From contig DDUQ01000142.1 in NCBI GenBank assembly GCA_002344885.1, positions 65,467 through 129,466 on the forward strand: a stretch of 64,000 bases of DNA, written 5' to 3'. Origin of the DNA: Comamonadaceae bacterium UBA2334 (GTDB taxonomy: Bacteria; Pseudomonadota; Gammaproteobacteria; Burkholderiales; Burkholderiaceae_C). The first letter of the stretch is position 1, and every line of letters starts with the position of its first letter. The notes below the pieces were generated by a model. The model searched no databases and had not been told where the DNA came from. It saw only the letters and a list, made by a program, of their open reading frames with translations. The position numbers and the translations under genes were made by a program. Below, piece by piece: positions 57,521 to 64,000 of the stretch.

Positions 57521-58734
57521 ACCACCTGACCCAACTTGAAGATGGGCAGGTACATCGACACCACGATGCCTCCGATCAGACCACCCAGGAAAACGATGAT
57601 GATGGGCTCCATCAGGCTGGAAAGGCCGGCCACCATGTCATCCACTTCGGCCTCGTAAAAATCGGCTGCTTTGCCCAGCATGTGATCGATGGAGCCTGAT
57701 TCCTCACCGATGGCGCACATCTGCAACACCATGTTGGGAAAAATATTGGCATTGCCCATGGCTGTGGTCAGGCTGGTGCCGGTTGACACTTCGCGTTGTA
57801 TCTTTTCGGTGGCTTGAAGGTACACGTAATTGCCGGAGGCTCCACCGACTGAATCAAGCGCTTCGACCAGCGGTACACCCGCTGCAAACATGGTGGCCAA
57901 GGTTCGGGTCCAGCGGGCGATCACCGACTTTTCAACCAGCGGGCCAAAAATAGGCATCTTCAGCATCAGCCGATCCATGGCCATTTGTACTTTTTCGTTC
58001 CTTTTCCAGGCTTGCATGAAAAAGTAGATGCCTCCGCCGATCGAACCGAAGATCAGCCACCAATAGGCGACGAACACCTCGCTGATGGCGATCACCAGCA
58101 ATGTGGGTGCGGGCAAATCTGCGCCAAACGATGCGAAGGTGGACTTGAACGCGGGGATCACAAAAATCATGATGACGGCAACCACCACGAATGCCACAAC
58201 GATCACGGAGATGGGGTACATCAGGGCCGATTTGATTTTGCTCTTGATGGCCTCGGTTTTCTCCATGTAGACCGCCAGCCGATCCAGCAACTGATCCAGA
58301 ATGCCTGCCGCTTCACCGGCTTCAACGAGGTTGCAATACAGGTTGTCAAAGTAAATGGGGTACTTGCGGAAGGCGGCATTCAGCGAAGTACCGGTTTCGA
58401 CATCGGTTCGAATGTCGTTGAGCAATTTGGCCACACTGGGGTTGGCATTGCCTTTGCCCACGATATCGAAGGCCTGGAGCAGTGGCACTCCGGCTTTCAT
58501 CATCGTGGCCAGTTGGCGAGTAAACAGAGCGAGGTCTTTCGTGGTAATTTTCTTGCCGCCAGACATGCGGCGTTTTTTGATTTTGGTGGGCAGAATGCCT
58601 TGCCGACGCAAAGAGGCTTGCACCTGGTTCTCACCCATGGCTCGCATTTCGCCACGAACGATCTTGCCGTTCCGATCTTTGCCCTGCCATTCGTACAAGG
58701 TCTCTTTCGATCCTGTTGCGGTAGCTGTAGCCAT
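57517..58734 (-). CDS. pilC: Type IV pilus assembly platform protein PilC (GspF family)
   Basis: 405 aa with duplicated GspF domains (LATMMKAGVPLLQAF and LATMFAAGVPLVEAL). Confidence 0.92.
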   Translation of the reverse strand: MATATATGSKETLYEWQGKDRNGKIVRGEMRAMGENQVQASLRRQGILPTKIKKRRMSGGKKITTKDLALFTRQLATMMKAGVPLLQAFDIVGKGNANPSVAKLLNDIRTDVETGTSLNAAFRKYPIYFDNLYCNLVEAGEAAGILDQLLDRLAVYMEKTEAIKSKIKSALMYPISVIVVAFVVVAVIMIFVIPAFKSTFASFGADLPAPTLLVIAISEVFVAYWWLIFGSIGGGIYFFMQAWKRNEKVQMAMDRLMLKMPIFGPLVEKSVIARWTRTLATMFAAGVPLVEALDSVGGASGNYVYLQATEKIQREVSTGTSLTTAMGNANIFPNMVLQMCAIGEESGSIDHMLGKAADFYEAEVDDMVAGLSSLMEPIIIVFLGGLIGGIVVSMYLPIFKLGQVV

Positions 58735-58766
58735 GTAGTTCCCTTGATCCGGTGAATGATGTGGGT

Positions 58767-60500
58767 TCAGTCGTTGGTGCAGCCCAATACTTCTTCCAAA
58801 GAAGTCACGCCCAGTTTGACTTTGTGCAAACCTGACTGACGCAAGGTTCGGACTCCCTCACTGGCTGCCTGCGCGGCGATTTCGAGCGCGCTACCGCCCT
58901 TCAGGATGATGCGTTGCATGTCCTCGGTGATGGGCATGACCTGGTAGATGCCGACGCGCCCTTTGTATCCGTTGTTGCAAGCGCTGCAACCGACAGGCTT
59001 GTAAGGGATCCATGAGCCATCCAAATCGTCGATGGTGTAACCGGCGTCCAACAGCGCTTTGCGAGGCAGGTCGGCCGGTGCCTTGCATTGTGGGCACAGT
59101 CTGCGTGCGAGGCGTTGAGCGGTGATCAGGATGACGCTGGAAGCAATGTTGAACGGTGCAATGCCCATGTTCAACATGCGGGTCAGCGTGGTGGGGGCAT
59201 CGTTGGTGTGCAGTGTAGACAGCACGAGGTGCCCGGTTTGCGCAGCCTTGATGGCGATGTCAGCTGTTTCGAGGTCTCGAATTTCGCCCACCATGATGAC
59301 GTCGGGATCCTGGCGCAAAAACGATTTCAGTGCGGCCGCAAACGTCAACCCCGCCTTGTCATTGACGTTGACCTGGTTGACGCCTGGCAGGTTGATTTCC
59401 GAAGGGTCTTCGGCGGTGGAAATGTTGACACCCGGCTGATTCAGGATGTTGAGGCAGGTGTACAGAGACACCGTTTTGCCCGATCCAGTGGGCCCGGTAA
59501 CCAGAACCATGCCGTAGGGGCGGTTGATGGCTTTGAGCAGCTTTTCTTTTTCCTGTGGCTCGTATCCCAAAGCATCGATACCCAGTTTTGCGCTGCTGGG
59601 ATCCAGAATACGGATCACGATCTTTTCACCGAACAGTGTGGGCAAGGTGCTGACACGGAAATCAATGACCTTGTCGCCTCCGATTTTGAGCTTCATCCTG
59701 CCGTCTTGCGGGATGCGCTTTTCGGAGATGTCCATTCGTGAAATCACCTTGATGCGCGAAGCCAGCTTTTCCTTGATGGCCACAGGCGGTGACGCAATCT
59801 CCCGCAACTCACCATCTATGCGAAAACGCACCCGGTAGGTGTGCTCGTACGGTTCAAAATGCAAGTCTGATGCCCGCATGCTGAACGCGTCTATCAGCAT
59901 TTTCTGCAGAAATTTGACAACCGGCGCATCTTCGACGTCGGAGGCTTTTTCTTCGGGTTCGGCAGGTGCAGCGTCAGCCGCGTCTTCGTTGAATTCGAAA
60001 TCATCGCCGATGATCGTGTCCATGGCTTTTGCCACGGACGTTGTCTGCACTTCAATGAGTTTGGTGAGTTTGTCGTATTCTGCGATGATCCAGTCGACAC
60101 TGCACTGTGTGGAAAATTTGATCTTTTCGGCAACCTGCTGATCGCCAGGATCAGCGGTGGCGATGCTCAGGCGGTTGCCTTTTTTCGCCAGCACCAGCAC
60201 ACGGTGTTCCACGCAGAATTTTGGATCCAAGGCGTTTTTGGGCAGACGCTTGGTGTCTATGGCCTCCAAGTCGAGCAGAGGCGCTCCAAATGCCCCCGAC
60301 ACCACATGTGCGAGGTCTGCAGCGGAGACCGTGCCGGAGCCCGTCAACTCTGCAATAAAGCTGCCGCGATTGGTCTGGGCCTTTCTGAAGAGCGATTCGG
60401 CCGTGACCTGATCCAGTTTGCCCGCTGACACCAACGCGCGCCCCAAGCCCGGTAGCGCCATTGAGCTTGTGTGTGGGGGAGTCGTGTCAGCTGTTGCCAT
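58767..60500 (-). CDS. pilB: Type IV pilus assembly ATPase PilB
   Basis: Walker A GPTGSGKT. MVGEIRD. Tetracysteine CPQC ... CSAC. Confidence 0.94.
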   Translation of the reverse strand: MATADTTPPHTSSMALPGLGRALVSAGKLDQVTAESLFRKAQTNRGSFIAELTGSGTVSAADLAHVVSGAFGAPLLDLEAIDTKRLPKNALDPKFCVEHRVLVLAKKGNRLSIATADPGDQQVAEKIKFSTQCSVDWIIAEYDKLTKLIEVQTTSVAKAMDTIIGDDFEFNEDAADAAPAEPEEKASDVEDAPVVKFLQKMLIDAFSMRASDLHFEPYEHTYRVRFRIDGELREIASPPVAIKEKLASRIKVISRMDISEKRIPQDGRMKLKIGGDKVIDFRVSTLPTLFGEKIVIRILDPSSAKLGIDALGYEPQEKEKLLKAINRPYGMVLVTGPTGSGKTVSLYTCLNILNQPGVNISTAEDPSEINLPGVNQVNVNDKAGLTFAAALKSFLRQDPDVIMVGEIRDLETADIAIKAAQTGHLVLSTLHTNDAPTTLTRMLNMGIAPFNIASSVILITAQRLARRLCPQCKAPADLPRKALLDAGYTIDDLDGSWIPYKPVGCSACNNGYKGRVGIYQVMPITEDMQRIILKGGSALEIAAQAASEGVRTLRQSGLHKVKLGVTSLEEVLGCTND

Positions 60501-60605
60501 GTCGCCGTAATCTAGCGCAAATGATCGGCGGATTCAGCACTTGCATGCCGCAAGCGTGTCTTTTTCACACCAGCACAACTCTAGGCGTTGGTATATCTCT
60601 GTCTC

Positions 60606-60682
60606 TGGTCGGGGTGAGAGGATTCGAACCTCCGGTCTCTACGTCCCGAACGTAGCGCTTTACCAGACTAAGCTACACCCCG
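60606..60682 (-). tRNA. tRNA-Pro (anticodon CGG)
   Basis: Reverse complement reads CGGGGTG TA GCTT AGTCTGGTA AAGC G CTACG TTCGGGA CGTAG AGACC GGAGG TTCGAAT CCTCT CACCCCG ACCA. Confidence 0.92.
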
Positions 60683-60701
60683 ATTTTTTTATTTTAAGGC
60701 T

Positions 60702-61685
60702 TCAGTTGGCTCGGTGTTGAAGTGCAGCAGCGAGATCAATCATGGCTTGTCGATACGGGCTGGTAGGCAAACGCATAGCAGCATCGATAGCCAATTGCGC
60801 CTCTGCCTCGGCGGTGGTGCGTGCCACAGTGACACCACCTGTCCGTCTGATCAGTTCCAGAACCTGTTCAAGGTGTTGGTCATTGGCATGTTCGATCGCG
60901 TTGACAAGCATGGCGTGGTCTGCCCCGCTGGTACTTTCGAGGGCGTGGATCACGGGGAGGGTCACTTTCCCTTCACGCAGGTCGTCGCCGAGATTTTTGC
61001 CCATGACAGTGCTGTCACCTTCGTAATCGAGTACGTCGTCAATGATCTGAAAGGCCGTACCCAGCGCCTGGCCATACGCCGCACAAGCGCTTTCCATTTC
61101 CGGCCCGCTTCCGGCCATGATAGGGGCGAGGCGCGCGCTGGCTTCAAACAACTTGGCTGTTTTGGACCGTATGACTTTGAGGTAGCCCTCTTTGGTCAGA
61201 GACGCGTCCCGCATGTTCATGAGTTGCAGTACTTCGCCTTCGGCAATGATGTTGGTGGCCTCGGCGAGCACCTCCATGACCCTCATCTCGCCCACCTCAA
61301 CCATCATTTGAAATGCGCGCGAATAGAGAAAATCGCCGACCAGGACGCTGGCAGCGTTCCCGAACAATTCGTTGGCCGTGTCTCTGCCGCGTCGCAAAGT
61401 CGACTCGTCAACCACATCGTCATGCAGCAGGGTGGCTGTGTGAATGAACTCCACGATGGCCGCCAAGGTGTATTGATGTGGCTGTTGATAGCCAACTGCA
61501 CCACTCATCAGCAATGTGAGTGCTGGGCGAAGGCGCTTGCCACCAGCAGAAATGATGTACTGGCTGACTTGTCCCACCAGTGGAACCCCAGTCGTCAGTT
61601 TGGCGGTGATGACCTTGTCCACCTCTGCCATGCCTGAGGCGATCATGGACAAAGGATGGGCAGTTGGCGATGCGTTCTGGAGCAA
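60702..61685 (-). CDS. ispB: Octaprenyl-diphosphate synthase
   Basis: ORF 60702..61724. DDVVDESTLRRGR and DDVLDY aspartate-rich motifs. Start is uncertain (TTG 61685 chosen from my recalled E. coli IspB alignment; GTG 61724 and ATG 61646 are possible). Confidence 0.85.
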   Translation of the reverse strand: MLQNASPTAHPLSMIASGMAEVDKVITAKLTTGVPLVGQVSQYIISAGGKRLRPALTLLMSGAVGYQQPHQYTLAAIVEFIHTATLLHDDVVDESTLRRGRDTANELFGNAASVLVGDFLYSRAFQMMVEVGEMRVMEVLAEATNIIAEGEVLQLMNMRDASLTKEGYLKVIRSKTAKLFEASARLAPIMAGSGPEMESACAAYGQALGTAFQIIDDVLDYEGDSTVMGKNLGDDLREGKVTLPVIHALESTSGADHAMLVNAIEHANDQHLEQVLELIRRTGGVTVARTTAEAEAQLAIDAAMRLPTSPYRQAMIDLAAALQHRAN

Positions 61686-61837
61686 GATGGAATCCGGATG
61701 AGTTTTCGCGATTATAAAAAGCACGACTGCTGCATCCGACGTGGGGAGGCGTCATGTCTTGGGCGTTCAGAAACCCGAAGGGTAGGGCACGGGCTTCAGG
61801 TGGGTTCCTGGGGAGGGTGTGAGAAAATTCTTCTCAG

Positions 61838-61846
61838 GTGATATAA
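61838..61846 (+). promoter_or_regulatory. Extended -10 promoter element TGATATAAT upstream of rplU
   Basis: Perfect TGnTATAAT read directly, about 50 nt upstream of the rplU ATG. No good -35. Confidence 0.45.
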
Positions 61847-61896
61847 TCCGTGATTCGGTTGAAACTCGTCTGCCGAAATTGATTCAAGAGGTTCAT

Positions 61897-62208
61897 ATGT
61901 ACGCGGTCATAAAAACCGGTGGCAAACAGTATCGTGTTGCTGCTGGCGAAAAAATCAAAGTAGAACAGATTGCTGCGGATGTGGGCCAGGAAATCGTGAT
62001 CGACCAGGTTCTTGCTGTTGGCAACGGCAGCGAGATCAAGGTTGGCACGCCCCTGGTGTCCGGCGCATCTGTCACGGTCAAAGTGGTGTCGCATGGTCGT
62101 CACGACAAGGTGCACATTTTCAAGATGCGCCGTCGCAAGCACTATCAGAAGCGTCAGGGTCATCGTCAGAATTTCACCGAGATTGAAATCGGTGCAATTG
62201 CTGCCTAA
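61897..62208 (+). CDS. rplU: 50S ribosomal protein L21
   Basis: Within ORF 61819..62208. [14 protein letters not shown]. Confidence 0.96.
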   Translation: MYAVIKTGGKQYRVAAGEKIKVEQIAADVGQEIVIDQVLAVGNGSEIKVGTPLVSGASVTVKVVSHGRHDKVHIFKMRRRKHYQKRQGHRQNFTEIEIGAIAA

Positions 62209-62220
62209 GGAGAAAGCAAC

Positions 62221-62478
62221 ATGGCACAGAAAAAAGGCGGCGGCTCCACGCGAAACGGACGCGATTCCAAGCCAAAGATGTTGGGTGTCAAGGCATTTGG
62301 CGGTGAATTGGTCTCGGCTGGCTCCATCATCGTGCGTCAGCGTGGCACACGGTTCCATCCCGGCAGCAATGTTGGGATTGGCAAGGATCACACGCTGTTC
62401 GCAACGGCTGACGGACATGTCAATTTTGCTGTCAAGGGCGAGTTGAACCGTCACGTGGTCAGCATCATTCCTGCCTGA
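62221..62478 (+). CDS. rpmA: 50S ribosomal protein L27
   Basis: [24 protein letters not shown]. Confidence 0.96.
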   Translation: MAQKKGGGSTRNGRDSKPKMLGVKAFGGELVSAGSIIVRQRGTRFHPGSNVGIGKDHTLFATADGHVNFAVKGELNRHVVSIIPA

Positions 62479-62499
62479 GCAACTGGGTTGCTTGGAGAG

Positions 62500-62524
62500 A
62501 AGGCCCGCACTGCGGGCCTTTTTT
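62500..62524 (+). terminator. Rho-independent terminator/attenuator between rpmA and obg
   Basis: AAGGCCCGC-ACT-GCGGGCCTT followed by a T tract. Confidence 0.75.
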
Positions 62525-62545
62525 ACTTCCAGAGACTGTTTCTAG

Positions 62546-63622
<1,077 letters not shown>

Positions 63623-63632
63623 TATGAATTTG

Positions 63633-63678
63633 AAAGCGCTAGGTTGAATAATATAAAGCGATAGGCATTGTTTTTATC
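63633..63678 (+). repeat. AT-rich element copy I (degenerate 5' box AAAGC), ending at the proB start codon
   Basis: AAAGCGCTAGGTTGAATAATATAAAGCGATAGGCATTGTTTTTATC followed by ATG. Confidence 0.55.
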
Positions 63679-64000
63679 ATGAGTATTCATCAGGACCCGA
63701 TGCTCTTGCAGCAGGCTGGTCGAATTGTCATCAAGGTGGGTTCCAGCCTCGTGACCAACGAAGGCAAGGGGCTAGATGAACAGGCCATCGGCCACTGGTG
63801 TGACCAGCTTGCTTCTCTGGTGAAACAGGGTAAAGAAGTGATCATGGTCAGCAGCGGTGCTGTGGCAGAGGGCATGAAGCGCTTGGGTTGGTCATCGCGC
63901 CCCAAAGAAATCCACGAGCTTCAAGCAGCCGCAGCCGTCGGGCAAATGGGTCTGGTTCAAATGTATGAAACCAAACTCCGTGCGAGCGGCATCGGCAGTG
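63679..64000 (+). CDS. proB: Glutamate 5-kinase, N-terminal part. Runs off the window end and is not in the ORF track because it has no stop codon.
   Basis: My translation reads [70 protein letters not shown]. Follows obg as in many betaproteobacteria. Confidence 0.88.
   Translation, partial: MSIHQDPMLLQQAGRIVIKVGSSLVTNEGKGLDEQAIGHWCDQLASLVKQGKEVIMVSSGAVAEGMKRLGWSSRPKEIHELQAAAAVGQMGLVQMYETKLRASGIGS

Noticed and set aside
60501-60605. A possible sigma-54 promoter (GGCATG-N4-TGCT on the minus strand) upstream of pilB.
   Set aside because: The GG-to-GC spacing is one nucleotide short of the TGGCAC-N5-TTGC consensus, and the -12 element lacks the TTGC context.
61711-61716. A perfect TATAAT (minus strand) inside the annotated 5' end of ispB as its promoter -10.
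   Set aside because: No acceptable -35 hexamer exists at 16-18 nt spacing. I used it only as a weak argument that the ispB start lies downstream of the GTG at 61724.

Overview
This window looks like a chromosomal, mostly core-genome segment of a high-GC betaproteobacterium. Gene order and protein motifs suggest Burkholderiales, Comamonadaceae-like, but that is an inference, not a database result. I support about 60 protein genes, 2 tRNAs, several terminators and 2 promoter-like sites.

Genes from left to right:
- murA (partial), hisG, hisD.
- A minus-strand operon for a Liv-type ABC importer, bracketed by two adenylate-forming CoA-ligase genes.
- A plus-strand four-gene block: Crp-family regulator, DUF4394-like lipoprotein, cupredoxin-like protein, HAMP-GGDEF(degenerate)-EAL protein.
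- A pseudouridine synthase and an alpha/beta hydrolase.
- htpG with a sigma-32-like promoter.
- Two more c-di-GMP genes.
- srkA-like kinase, methyltransferase, cation/H+ antiporter, ybdK.
- An ABC-2 exporter pair split by an OmpA-like gene.
- psd, an orphan 149-aa ORF, a MaoC-Pta fusion, another GGDEF gene, amn, gor, hbd.
- petABC-sspAB, tRNA-Thr, dciA-like gene, M23 peptidase.
- secA, argJ, DUF815 ATPase, mutT.
- yacG-zapD-coaE-pilDCB, tRNA-Pro, ispB, rplU-rpmA-obg-proB (partial).

I found no transposase, integrase, CRISPR array, rRNA or recognisable defence island.

Structure the gene list does not explain:
1. Nine copies of a roughly 50-60 bp AT-rich element with the fixed architecture (A)TAGC-N17/18-AAGCG-N2-GRAGNC-ATTTTYAT. 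Two copies lie in frame inside coding regions (srkA and the hisD 5' end).
2. The tightly coupled Crp / DUF4394 / blue-copper-like / c-di-GMP phosphodiesterase module. This is my best candidate for an uncharacterised periplasmic sensing system.

All functional calls come from reading motifs by eye. No searches were run.
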